NCBI GenBank assembly: GCA_964057225.1 | Contig: CAXKVF010000089.1 | Location: 62,001 to 126,000 of the forward strand | DNA: 64,000 nt | Source: Auanema rhodensis | Lineage: Eukaryota > Animalia > Nematoda | Direction: 5' to 3' | In this document: piece by piece, positions 39,801 to 54,736 of the stretch | Numbering within the stretch: position 1 is the first letter of the stretch | Layout of the letters: the number at the start of each line of letters is the position of its first letter | Position numbers and translations under genes: made by a program | The notes under the pieces: generated by a model | Told to the model about the DNA's origin: nothing | The model's database searches: none | Seen by the model: only the letters and a program-made list of their open reading frames with translations

Positions 39801-42800
39801 GAAAACCGCATCTCTTTATCTTTCACGTGAAGCGAGTTACATACCAAGTGCACATCACGTGTACATTTAATTAGCATAAATTAAAGTTCACGTAAATTTC
39901 AAAGTCATGGTTACCATGAACCAATATCAATAAAAATTCGTTTTTAGACTAATATGGACATGGGGAATCTAATTTTGAAAACCGCATCTCTTTATCTTTC
40001 ACGTGAAGCGAGTTACATACCAAGTGCACATCACGTGTACATTTAATTAGCATAAATTAAAGTTCACGTAAATTTCAAAGTCATGGTTACCATGCACCAA
40101 TATCAATAAAAATTTGTTTTTAGACTAATATGGACATGGGGAATCTAATTTTGAAAACCGCATCTCTTTATCTCTCACGTGAAGCGAGTTACATACCAAG
40201 TGCACATCACGTGTACATTTAATTAGCATAAATTAAAGTTCACGTAAATTTCAAAGTCATGGTTACCAAGAACCAATATCAATTAAAATTTGTTTTTAGA
40301 CTAATATGGACATGGGGAATCTAATTTTGAAAACCGTATCTCTTTATCTTTCACGTGAAGCGAGTTACATACCAAGTGCACATCACGTGTACATTTAATT
40401 AGCATAAATTAAAGTTCACGTAAATTTCAAAGTCATGGTTACCATGAACCAATATCAATAAAAATTTGTTTTTAGACTAATATGGACATGGGCAATCTAA
40501 TTTTGAAAACCGCATCTCTTTATCTTTCACGTGAAGCGAGTTACATACCAAGTGCACATCACGTGTACATTTAATTAGCATAAATTAAAGTTCACGTAAA
40601 TTTCAAAGTCATGGTTACCATGCACCAATATCAATAAAAATTTGTTTTTAGACTAATATGGACATGAGGAATCTAATTTTGAAAACCGCATCTCTTTATC
40701 TTTCACGTGAAGCGAGTTACATACCGAGTGCACATCACGTGTACATTTAATTAGCATAAATTAAAGTTCACGTAAATTTCAAAGTCATGGTTACCATGCA
40801 CCAATATCAATAAAAATTTATTTTTAGACTAATATGGACATGGGGAATCTAATTTTGAAAACCGCATCTCTTCATCTTTCACGTGAAGCGAGTTACATAC
40901 CAAGTGCACATCAAGTGTACATTTAATTAGCATAAATTAAAGTTCACGTAAATTTCAAAGTCATGGTTACCATGCACCAATATCAATAAAAATTTGTTTT
41001 TAGACTAATATGGACATGGGGAATCTAATTTTGAAAACCGCATCTCTTTATCTTTCACGTGAAGCGAGTTACATACCAAGTGCACATCACGTGTACATTT
41101 AATTAGCATAAATTAAAGTTCACGTAAATTTCAAAGTCATGGTTACCATGAAGCAATATCAATAAAAATTTGTTTTTAGACTAATATGGAAATGGGGAAT
41201 CTAATTTTGAAAACCGCATCTCTTTATCTTTCACGTGAAGCGAGTTACATACCAAGTGCACATCACGTGTACATTTAATTAGCATAAATTAAAGTTCACG
41301 TAAATTTCAAAGTCATGGTTACCATGAACCAATATCAATTAAAATTTGTTTTTAGACTAATATGGACATGGGGAATCTAATTTTGAAAACCGTATCTCTT
41401 TATCTTTCACGTGAAGCGAGTTACATACCAAGTGCACATCACGTGTACATTTAATTAGCATAAATTAAAGTTCACGTAAATTTCAAAGTCATGGTTACCA
41501 TGAACCAATATCAATAAAAATTTGTTTTTAGACTAATATGGACATGGGCAATCTAATTTTGAAAACCGCATCTCTTTATCTTTCACGTGAAGCGAGTTAC
41601 ATACCAAGTGCACATCACGTGTACATTTAATTAGCATAAATTAAAGTTCACGTAAACTTCAAAGTCATGGTTACCATGCACCAATATCAATAAAAATTTG
41701 TTTTTAGACTAATATGGACATGAGGAATCTAATTTTGAAAACCGCATCTCTTTATCTTTCACGTGAAGCGAGTTACATACCGAGTGCACATCACGTGTAC
41801 ATTTAATTAGCATAAATTAAAGTTCACGTAAATTTCAAAGTCATGGTTACCATGAACCAATATCAATAAAAATTTGTTTTTAGACTAATATGGACATGAG
41901 GAATCTAATTTTGAAAACCGCATCTCTTTATCTTTCACGTGAAGCGAGTTACATACCGAGTGCACATCACGTGTACATTTAATTAGCATAAATTAAAGTT
42001 CACGTAAATTTCAAAGTCATGGTTACCATGAACCAATATCAATAAAAATTTGTTTTTAGACTAATATGGACATGGGCAATCTAATTTTGAAAACCGCATC
42101 TCTTTATCTTTCACGTGAAGCGAGTTACATACCAAGTGCACATCACGTGTACATTTAATTAGCATAAATTAAAGTTCACGTAAATTTCAAAGTCATGGTT
42201 ACCATGCACCAATATCAATAAAAATTTGTTTTTAGACTAATATGGACATGAGGAATCTAATTTTGAAAACCGCATCTCTTTATCTTTCACGTGAAGCGAG
42301 TTACATACCGAGTGCACATCACGTGTACATTTAATTAGCATAAATTAAAGTTCACGTAAATTTCAAAGTCATGGTTACCATGCACCAATATCAATAAAAA
42401 TTTGTTTTTAGACTAATATGGACATGAGGAATCTAATTTTGAAAACCGCATCTCTTTATCTTTCACGTGAAGCGAGTTACATACCGAGTGCACATCACGT
42501 GTACATTTAATTAGCATAAATTAAAGTTCACGTAAATTTCAAAGTCATGGTTACCATGCACCAATATCAATAAAAATTTATTTTTAGACTAATATGGACA
42601 TGGGGAATCTAATTTTGAAAACCGCATCTCTTCATCTTTCACGTGAAGCGAGTTACATACCAAGTGCACATCAAGTGTACATTTAATTAGCATAAATTAA
42701 AGTTCACGTAAATTTCAAAGTCATGGTTACCATGCACCAATATCAATAAAAATTTGTTTTTAGACTAATATGGACATGGGGAATCTAATTTTGAAAACCG

Positions 42801-45800
42801 CATCTCTTTATCTTTCACGTGAAGCGAGTTACATACCAAGTGCACATCACGTGTACATTTAATTAGCATAAATTAAAGTTCACGTAAATTTCAAAGTCAT
42901 GGTTACCATGAAGCAATATCAATAAAAATTTGTTTTTAGACTAATATGGAAATGGGGAATCTAATTTTGAAAACCGCATCTCTTTATCTTTCACGTGAAG
43001 CGAGTTACATACCAAGTGCACATCACGTGTACATTTAATTAGCATAAATTAAAGTTCACGTAAATTTCAAAGTCATGGTTACCATGCACCAATATCAATA
43101 AAAATTTGTTTTTAGACTAATATGGACATGGGGAATCTAATTTTGAAAACCGCATCTCTTTATCTTTCACGTGAAGCGAGTTACATACCAAGTGCACATC
43201 ACGTGTACATTTAATTAGCATAAATTAAAGTTCACGTAAATTTCAAAGTCATGGTTACCATGAACCAATATCAATTAAAATTTGTTTTGAGACTAATATG
43301 GACATGGGCAATCCAATTTTGAAAACCGCATCTCTTTATCTTTCACGTGAAGCGAGTTACATACCAAGTGCACATCACGTGTACATTTAATTAGCATAAA
43401 TTAAAGTTCACGTAAATTTCAAAGTCATGGTTACCATGCACCAATATCAATAAAAATTTGTTTTTAGACTAATATGGACATGGGGAATCTAATTTTGAAA
43501 ACCGCATCTCTTTATCTTTCACGTGAAGCGAGTTACATACCAAGTGCACATCACGTGTACATTTAATTAGCATAAATTAAAGTTCACGTAAATTTCAAAG
43601 TCATGGTTACCATGCACCAATATCAATAAAAATTTGTTTTTAGACTAATATGGACATGGGGAATCTAATTTTGAAAACCGCATCTCTTTATCTTTCACGT
43701 GAAGCGAGTTACATACCAAGTGCACATCACGTGTACATTTAATTAGCATAAATTAAAGTTCACGTAAATTTCAAAGTCATGGTTACCATGCACCAATATC
43801 AATAAAAATTCGTTTTTAGACTAATATGGACATGGGGAATCTAATTTTGAAAACCGCATCTCTTTATCTTTCACGTGAAGCGAGTTACATACCAAGTGCA
43901 CATCACGTGTACATTTAATTAGCATAAATTAAAGTTCACGTAAATTTCAAAGTCATGGTTACCATGCACCAATATCAATAAAAATTTGTTTTTAGACTAA
44001 TATGGACATGGGGAATCTAATTTTGAAAACCGCATCTCTTCATCTTTCACGTGAAGCGAGTTACATACCAAGTGCACATCACGTGTACATTTAATTAGCA
44101 TAAATTAAAGTTCACGTAAATTTCAAAGTCATGGTTACCATGCACCAATATCAATAAAAATTTGTTTTTAGACTAATATGGACATGGGGAATCTAATTTT
44201 GAAAACCGCATCTCTTCATCTTTCACGTGAAGCGAGTTACATACCAAGTGCACATCACGTGTACATTTAATTAGCATAAATTAAAGTTCACGTAAATTTC
44301 AAAGTCATGGTTACCATGCACCAATATCAATAAAAATTTGTTTTTAGACTAATATGGACATGGGGAATCTAATTTTGAAAACCGCATCTCTTTATCTTTC
44401 ACGTGAAGCGAGTTACATACCAAGTGCACATCACGTGTACATTTAATTAGCATAAATTAAAGTTCACGTAAATTTCAAAGTCATGGTTACCATGAACCAA
44501 TATCAATAAAAATTCGTTTTTAGACTAATATGGACATGGGGAATCTAATTTTGAAAACCGCATCTCTTTATCTTTCACGTGAAGCGAGTTACATACCAAG
44601 TGCACATCACGTGTACATTTAATTAGCATAAATTAAAGTTCACGTAAATTTCAAAGTCATGGTTACCATGCACCAATATCAATAAAAATTTGTTTTTAGA
44701 CTAATATGGACATGGGGAATCTAATTTTGAAAACCGCATCTCTTTATCTTTCACGTGAAGCGAGTTACATACCAAGTGCACATCACGTGTACATTTAATT
44801 AGCATAAATTAAAGTTCACGTAAATTTCAAAGTCATGGTTACCATGAACCAATATCAATTAAAATTTGTTTTTAGACTAATATGGACATGGGGAATCTAA
44901 TTTTGAAAACCGTATCTCTTTATCTTTCACGTGAAGCGAGTTACATACCAAGTGCACATCACGTGTACATTTAATTAGCATAAATTAAAGTTCACGTAAA
45001 TTTCAAAGTCATGGTTACCATGAACCAATATCAATAAAAATTTGTTTTTAGACTAATATGGACATGGGCAATCTAATTTTGAAAACCGCATCTCTTTATC
45101 TTTCACGTGAAGCGAGTTACATACCAAGTGCACATCACGTGTACATTTAATTAGCATAAATTAAAGTTCACGTAAATTTCAAAGTCATGGTTACCATGCA
45201 CCAATATCAATAAAAATTTGTTTTTAGACTAATATGGACATGAGGAATCTAATTTTGAAAACCGCATCTCTTTATCTTTCACGTGAAGCGAGTTACATAC
45301 CGAGTGCACATCACGTGTACATTTAATTAGCATAAATTAAAGTTCACGTAAATTTCAAAGTCATGGTTACCATGCACCAATATCAATAAAAATTTATTTT
45401 TAGACTAATATGGACATGGGGAATCTAATTTTGAAAACCGCATCTCTTCATCTTTCACGTGAAGCGAGTTACATACCAAGTGCACATCAAGTGTACATTT
45501 AATTAGCATAAATTAAAGTTCACGTAAATTTCAAAGTCATGGTTACCATGCACCAATATCAATAAAAATTTGTTTTTAGACTAATATGGACATGGGGAAT
45601 CTAATTTTGAAAACCGCATCTCTTTATCTTTCACGTGAAGCGAGTTACATACCAAGTGCACATCACGTGTACATTTAATTAGCATAAATTAAAGTTCACG
45701 TAAATTTCAAAGTCATGGTTACCATGAAGCAATATCAATAAAAATTTGTTTTTAGACTAATATGGAAATGGGGAATCTAATTTTGAAAACCGCATCTCTT

Positions 45801-48800
45801 TATCTTTCACGTGAAGCGAGTTACATACCAAGTGCACATCACGTGTACATTTAATTAGCATAAATTAAAGTTCACGTAAATTTCAAAGTCATGGTTACCA
45901 TGCACCAATATCAATAAAAATTTGTTTTTAGACTAATATGGACATGGGGAATCTAATTTTGAAAACCGCATCTCTTTATCTTTTACGTGAAGCGAGTTAC
46001 ATACCAAGTGCACATCAAGTGTACATTTAATTAGCATAAATTAAAGTTCACGTAAATTTCAAAGTCATGGTTACCATGCACCAATATCAATAAAAATTTG
46101 TTTTTAGACTAATATGGACATGGGGAATCTAATTTTGAAAACCGCATCTCTTTATCTTTCACGTGAAGCGAGTTACATACCAAGTGCACATCACGTGTAC
46201 ATTTAATTAGCATAAATTAAAGTTCACGTAAATTTCAAAGTCATGGTTACCATGCACCAATATCAATTAAAATTTGTTTTTAGACTAATATGGACATGGG
46301 GAATCTAATTTTGAAAACCGTATCTCTTTATCTTTCACGTGAAGCGAGTTACATACCAAGTGCACATCACGTGTACATTTAATTAGCATAAATTAAAGTT
46401 CACGTAAATTTCAAAGTCATGGTTACCATGCACCAATATCAATACAAATTTGTTTTTAGACTAATATGGACATGAGGAATCTAATTTTGAAAACCGCATC
46501 TCTTTATCTTTCACGTGAAGCGAGTTACATACCGAGTGCACATCACGTGTACATTTAATTAGCATAAATTAAAGTTCACGTAAATTTCAAAGTCATGGTT
46601 ACCATGCACCAATATCAATAAAAATTTATTTTTAGACTAATATGGACATGGGGAATCTAATTTTGAAAACCGCATCTCTTCATCTTTCACGTGAAGCGAG
46701 TTACATACCAAGTGCACATCAAGTGTACATTTAATTAGCATAAATTAAAGTTCACGTAAATTTCAAAGTCATGGTTACCATGCACCAATATCAATAAAAA
46801 TTTGTTTTTAGACTAATATGGACATGGGGAATCTAATTTTGAAAACCGCATCTCTTTATCTTTCACGTGAAGCGAGTTACATACCAAGTGCACATCACGT
46901 ATACATTTAATTAGCATAAATTAAAGTTCACGTAAATTTCAAAGTCATGGTTACCATGAAGCAATATCAATAAAAATTTGTTTTTAGACTAATATGGAAA
47001 TGGGGAATCTAATTTTGAAAACCGCATCTCTTTATCTTTCACGTGAAGCGAGTTACATACCAAGTGCACATCACGTGTACATTTAATTAGCATAAATTAA
47101 AGTTCACGTAAATTTCAAAGTCATGGTTACCATGCACCAATATCAATAAAAATTTGTTTTTAGACTAATATGGACATGGGGAATCTAATTTTGAAAACCG
47201 CATCTCTTTATCTTTCACGTGAAGCGAGTTACATACCAAGTGCACATCAAGTGTACATTTAATTAGCATAAATTAAAGTTCACGTAAATTTCAAAGTCAT
47301 GGTTACCATGCACCAATATCAATAAAAATTTGTTTTTAGACTAATATGGACATGGGGAATCTAATTTTGAAAACCGCATCTCTTTATCTTTCACGTGAAG
47401 CGAGTTACATACCAAGTGCACATCACGTGTACATTTAATTAGCATAAATTAAAGTTCACGTAAATTTCAAAGTCATGGTTACCATGAACCAATATCAATA
47501 AAAATTCGTTTTTAGACTAATATGGACATGGGGAATCTAATTTTGAAAACCGCATCTCTTTATCTTTCACGTGAAGCGAGTTACATACCAAGTGCACATC
47601 ACGTGTACATTTAATTAGCATAAATTAAAGTTCACGTAAATTTCAAAGTCATGGTTACCATGCACCAATATCAATAAAAATTTGTTTTTAGACTAATATG
47701 GACATGGGGAATCTAATTTTGAAAACCGCATCTCTTTATCTTTCACGTGAAGCGAGTTACATACCAAGTGCACATCACGTGTACATTTAATTAGCATAAA
47801 TTAAAGTTCACGTAAATTTCAAAGTCATGGTTACCATGCACCAATATCAATTAAAATTTGTTTTTAGACTAATATGGACATGGGGAATCTAATTTTGAAA
47901 ACCGTATCTCTTTATCTTTCACGTGAAGCGAGTTACATACCAAGTGCACATCACGTGTACATTTAATTAGCATAAATTAAAGTTCACGTAAATTTCAAAG
48001 TCATGGTTACCATGAAGCAATATCAATAAAAATTTGTTTTTAGACTAATATGGACATGGGGATTCTAATTTTGAAAACCGCATCTCTTTATCTTTCACGT
48101 GAAGCGAGTTACATACCAAGTGCACATCAAGTGTACATTTAATTAGCATAAATTAAAGTTCACGTAAATTTCAAAGTCATGGTTACCATGCACCAATATC
48201 AATAAAAATTTGTTTTTAGACTAATATGGACATGGGGAATCTAATTTTGAAAACCGCATCTCTTTATCTTTCACGTGAAGCGAGTTACATACCAAGTGCA
48301 CATCACGTGTACATTTAATTAGCATAAATTAAAGTTCACGTAAATTTCAAAGTCATGGTTACCATGCACCAATATCAATAAAAATTTGTTTTTAGACTAA
48401 TATGGACATGGGGAATCTAATTTTGAAAACCGCATCTCTTTATCTTTCACGTGAAGCGAGTTACATACCAAGTGCACATCACGTGTACATTTAATTAGCA
48501 TAAATTAAAGTTCACGTAAATTTCAAAGTCATGGTTACCATGAACCAATATCAATAAAAATTCGTTTTTAGACTAATATGGACATGGGGAATCTAATTTT
48601 GAAAACCGCATCTCTTTATCTTTCACGTGAAGCGAGTTACATACCAAGTGCACATCACGTGTACATTTAATTAGCATAAATTAAAGTTCACGTAAATTTC
48701 AAAGTCATGGTTACCATGCACCAATATCAATAAAAATTTGTTTTTAGACTAATATGGACATGGGGAATCTAATTTTGAAAACCGCATCTCTTTATCTTTC

Positions 48801-51040
48801 ACGTGAAGCGAGTTACATACCAAGTGCACATCACGTGTACATTTAATTAGCATAAATTAAAGTTCACGTAAATTTCAAAGTCATGGTTACCATGAAGCAA
48901 TATCAATAAAAATTTGTTTTTAGACTAATATGGACATGGGGAATCTAATTTTGAAAACCGCATCTCTTTATCTTTCACGTGAAGCGAGTTACATACCAAG
49001 TGCACATCAAGTGTACATTTAATTAGCATAAATTAAAGTTCACGTAAATTTCAAAGTCATGGTTACCATGCACCAATATCAATAAAAATTTGTTTTTAGA
49101 CTAATATGGAAATGGGGAATCTAATTTTGAAAACCGCATCTCTTTATCTTTCACGTGAAGCGAGTTACATACCAAGTGCACATCACGTGTACATTTAATT
49201 AGCATAAATTAAAGTTCACGTAAATTTCAAAGTCATGGTTACCATGCACCAATATCAATAAAAATTTGTTTTTAGACTAATATGGACATGGGGAATCTAA
49301 TTTTGAAAACCGCATCTCTTTATCTTTCACGTGAAGCGAGTTACATACCAAGTGCACATCAAGTGTACATTTAATTAGCATAAATTAAAGTTCACGTAAA
49401 TTTCAAAGTCATGGTTACCATGCACCAATATCAATAAAAATTTGTTTTTAGACTAATATGGACATGGGGAATCTAATTTTGAAAACCGCATCTCTTTATC
49501 TTTCACGTGAAGCGAGTTACATACCAAGTGCACATCACGTGTACATTTAATTAGCATAAATTAAAGTTCACGTAAATTTCAAAGTCGTGGTTACCATGCA
49601 CCAATATCAATAAAAATTCGTTTTTAGACTAATATGGACATGGGGAATCTAATTTTGAAAACCGCATCTCTTTATCTTTCACGTGAAGCGAGTTACATAC
49701 CAAGTGCACATCACGTGTACATTTAATTAGCATAAATTAAAGTTCACGTAAATTTCAAAGTCACGGTTACCATGCACCAATATCAATAAAAATTTGTTTT
49801 TAGACTAATATGGACATGGGGAATCTAATTTTGAAAACCGTATCTCTTTATCTTTCACGTTAAGCGAGTTACATACCAAGTGCACATCACGTGTACATTT
49901 AATTAGCATAAATTAAAGTTCACGTAAATTTCAAAGTCATGGTTATCATGAACCAATATCAATAACAATTTGTTTTTAGACTAATATGGACATGGGCAAT
50001 CTAATTTTGAAAACCGCATCTCTTTATCTTTCACGTGAAGCGAGTTACATACCAAGTGCACATCACGTGTACATTTAATTAGCATAAATTAAAGTTCACG
50101 TAAATTTCAAAGTCATGGTTACCATGCACCAATATCAATAAAAATTTGTTTTTAGACTAATATGGACATGGGGAATCTAATTTTGAAAACCGCATCTCTT
50201 TATCTTTCACGTGAAGCGAGTTACATACCAAGTGCACATCACGTGTACATTTAATTAGCATAAATTAAAGTTCACGTAAATTTCAAAGTCATGGTTACCA
50301 TGAACCAATATCAATTAAAATTTGTTTTTAGACTAATATGGACATGGGCAATCTAATTTTGAAAACCGCATCTCTTTATCTTTCACGTGAAGCGAGTTAC
50401 ATACCAAGTGCACATCACGTGTACATTTAATTAGCATAAATTAAAGTTCACGAAAATTTCAAAGTCATGGTTACCATGAACCAATATCAATAAAAATTTG
50501 TTTTTAGACTAATATGGACATGGGCAATCTAATTTTGAAAACCGCATCTCTTCATCTTTCACGTGAAGCGAGTTACATACCAAGTGCACATCACGTGTAC
50601 ATTTAATTAGCATAAATTAAAGTTCACGTAAATTTCAAAGTCATGGTTACCATGCACCAATATCAATAAAAATTTGTTTTTAGACTAATATGGACATGGG
50701 AAATCTAATTTTGAAAACCGCATCTCTTCATCTTTCACGTGAAGCGAGTTACATACCAAGTGCACATCACGTGTACATTTAATTAGCATAAATTAAAGTT
50801 CACGTAAATTTCAAAGTCATGGTTACCATGAACCAATATCAATAACAATTTGTTTTTAGACTAATATGGACATGGGCAATCTAATTTTGAAAACCGCATC
50901 TCTTTATCTTTCACGTGAAGCGAGTTACATACCAAGTGCACATCACGTGTACATTTAATTAGCATAAATTAAAGTTCACGTAAATTTCAAAGTCATGGTT
51001 ACCATGCACCAATATCAATAAAAATTTGTTTTTAGACTAA
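27809..51040 (+). repeat. Variant domain III (M159-290)
   Basis: Markers T156, T33, C13, A11, G70, C41, C163, C18, G169, A7, A82 and A164; the CAC allele predominates. First T156 at 27964, last C13 at 50877. Confidence 0.8.
30097..35904 (+). repeat. 11-monomer unit repeated at +21 monomers with a rearranged 10-mer between
   Basis: M172-183 matches M193-204 (T17+G20 at 30641/34337). M183-192 is built from the same monomer types in altered order. Confidence 0.82.
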
Positions 51041-54000
51041 TATGGACATGGGGAATCTAATTTTGAAAACCGCATCTCTTTATCTTTCACGTGAAGCGAG
51101 TTACATACCAAGTGCACATCACGTGTACATTTAATTAGCATAAATTAAAGTTCACGTAAATTTCAAAGTCATGGTTACCATGCACCAATATCAATAAAAA
51201 TTTGTTTTTAGACTAATATGGACATGGGGAATCTAATTTTGAAAACCGCATCTCTTTATCTTTCACGTGAAGCGAGTTACATACCAAGTGCACATCACGT
51301 GTACATTTAATTAGCATAAATTAAAGTTCACGTAAATTTCAAAGTCATGGTTACCATGAACCAATATCAATAAAAATTTGTTTTTAGACTAATATGGACA
51401 TGGGGAATCTAATTTTGAAAACCGCATTTCTTTATCTTTCACGTGAAGCGAGTTACATACCAAGTGCACATCACGTGTACATTTAATTAGCATAAATTAA
51501 AGTTCACGTAAATTTCAAAGTCATGGTTACCATGCACCAATATCAATAAAAATTTGTTTTTAGACTAATATGGACATGGGGAATCTAATTTTGAAAACCG
51601 CATCTCTTTATCTTTCACGTGAAGCGAGTTACATACCAAGTGCACATCACGTGTACATTTAATTAGCATAAATTAAAGTTCACGTAAATTTCAAAGTCAT
51701 GGTTACCATGAAGCAATATCAATAAAAATTTGTTTTTAGACTAATATGGACATGGGGAATCTAATTTTGAAAACCGCATCTCTTTATCTTTCACGTGAAG
51801 CGAGTTACATACCAAGTGCACATCACGTGTACATTTAATTAGCATAAATTAAAGTTCACGTAAACTTCAAAGTCATGGTTACCATGAAGCAATATCAATA
51901 AAAATTTGTTTTTAGACTAATATGGACATGGGGAATCTAATTTTGAAAACCGCATCTCTTTATCTTTCACGTGAAGCGAGTTACATACCAAGTGCACATC
52001 ACGTGTACATTTAATTAGCATAAATTAAAGTTCACGTAAATTTCAAAGTCATGGTTACCATGAACCAATATCAATAAAAATTTGTTTTTAGACTAATATG
52101 GACATGGGGAATCTAATTTTGAAAACCGCATCTCTTTATCTTTCACGTGAAGCGAGTTACATACCAAGTGCACATCACGTGTACATTTAATTAGCATAAA
52201 TTAAAGTTCACGTAAATTTCAAAGTCATGGTTACCATGAACCAATATCAATAAAAATTTGTTTTTAGACTAATATGGACATGGGGAATCTAATTTTGAAA
52301 ACCGCATCTCTTTATCTTTCACGTGAAGCGATTTACATACCAAGTGCACATCACGTGTACATTTAATTAGCATAAATTAAAGTTCACGTAAATTTCAAAG
52401 TCATGGTTACCATGAACCAATATCAATAAAAATCTGTTTTTAGACTAATATGGACATAGGGAATCTAATTTTGAAAACCGCATCTCTTTATCTTTCACGT
52501 GAAGCGAGTTACATACCAAGTGCACATCACGTGTACATTTAATTAGCATAAATTAAAGTTCACGTAAATTTCAAAGTCATGGTTACCATGAACCAATATC
52601 AATAAAAATTTTTTTTTAGACTAATATGGACATGGGGAATCTAATTTTGAAAATCGCATTTCTTTATCTTTCACGTGAAGCGAGTTACATACCAAGTGCA
52701 CATCACGTGTACATTTAATTAGCATAAATTAAAGTTCACGTAAATTTCAAAGTCATGGTTACCATGCACCGATATCAATAAAAATTTGTTTTTAGACTAA
52801 TATGGACATGGGGAATCTAATTTTGAAAACCGCATCTCTTTATCTTTCACGTGAAGCGAGTTACATACCAAGTGCACATCACGTGTACATTTAATTAGCA
52901 TAAATTAAAGTTCACGTAAATTTCAAAGTCATGGTTACCATGAACCAATATCAATAAAAATTTGTTTTTAGACTAATATGGACATGGGGAATCTAATTTT
53001 GAAAACCGCATCTCTTTATCTTTCACGTGAAGCGAGTTACATACCAAGTGCACATCACGTGTACATTTAATTAGCATAAATTAAAGTTCACGTAAATTTC
53101 AAAGTCATGGTTACCATGAACCAATATCAATAAAAATTTGTTTTTAGACTAATATGGACATGGGGAATCTAATTTTGAAAACCGCATTTCTTTATCTTTC
53201 ACGTGAAGCGAGTTACATACCAAGTGCACATCACGTGTACATTTAATTAGCATAAATTAAAGTTCACGTAAATTTCAAAGTCATGGTTACCATGCACCAA
53301 TATCAATAAAAATTTGTTTTTAGACTAATATGGACATGGGGAATCTAATTTTGAAAACCGCATCTCTTTATCTTTCACGTGAAGCGAGTTACATACCAAG
53401 TGCACATCACGTGTACATTTAATTAGCATAAATTAAAGTTCACGTAAATTTCAAAGTCATGGTTACCATGAACCAATATCAATAAAAATTTGTTTTTAGA
53501 CTAATATGGACATGGGGAATCTAATTTTGAAAACCGCATCTCTTTATCTTTCACGTGAAGCGAGTTACATACCAAGTGCACATCACGTGTACATTTAATT
53601 AGCATAAATTAAAGTTCACGTAAATTTCAAAGTCATGGTTACCATGAACCAATATCAATAAAAATTTGTTTTTAGACTAATATGGACATGGGGAATCTAA
53701 TTTTGAAAACCGCATTTCTTTATCTTTCACGTGAAGCGAGTTACATACCAAGTGCACATCACGTGTACATTTAATTAGCATAAATTAAAGTTCACGTAAA
53801 TTTCAAAGTCATGGTTACCATGCACCAATATCAATAAAAATTTGTTTTTAGACTAATATGGACATGGGGAATCTAATTTTGAAAACCGCATCTCTTTATC
53901 TTTCACGTGAAGCGAGTTACATACCAAGTGCACATCACGTGTACATTTAATTAGCATAAATTAAAGTTCACGTAAATTTCAAAGTCATGGTTACCATGAA

Positions 54001-54736
54001 CCAATATCAATAAAAATTTGTTTTTAGACTAATATGGACATGGGGAATCTAATTTTGAAAACCGCATCTCTTTATCTTTCACGTGAAGCGAGTTACATAC
54101 CAAGTGCACATCACGTGTACATTTAATTAGCATAAATTAAAGTTCACGTAAATTTCAAAGTCATGGTTACCATGAACCAATATCAATAAAAATTTGTTTT
54201 TAAACTAATATGGACATGGGGAATCTAATTTTGAAAACCGCATCTCTTTATCTTTCACGTGAAGCGAGTTACATACCAAGTGCACATCACGTGTACATTT
54301 AATTAGCATAAATTAAAGTTCACGTAAACTTCAAAGTCATGGTTACCATGAAGCAATATCAATAAAAATTTGTTTTTAAACTAATATGGACATGGGGAAT
54401 CTAATTTTGAAAACCGCATCTCTTTATCTTTCACGTGAAGCGAGTTACATACCAAGTGCACATCACGTGTACATTTAATTAGCATAAATTAAAGTTCACG
54501 TAAATTTCAAAGTCATGGTTACCATGAACCAATATCAATAAAAATTTGTTTTTAGACTAATATGGACATGGGGAATCTAATTTTGAAAACCGCATCTCTT
54601 TATCTTTCACGTGAAGCGAGTTACATACCAAGTGCACATCACGTGTACATTTAATTAGCATAAATTAAAGTTCACGTAAATTTCAAAGTCATGGTTACCA
54701 TGAACCAATATCAATAAAAATTTGTTTTCAGACTAA

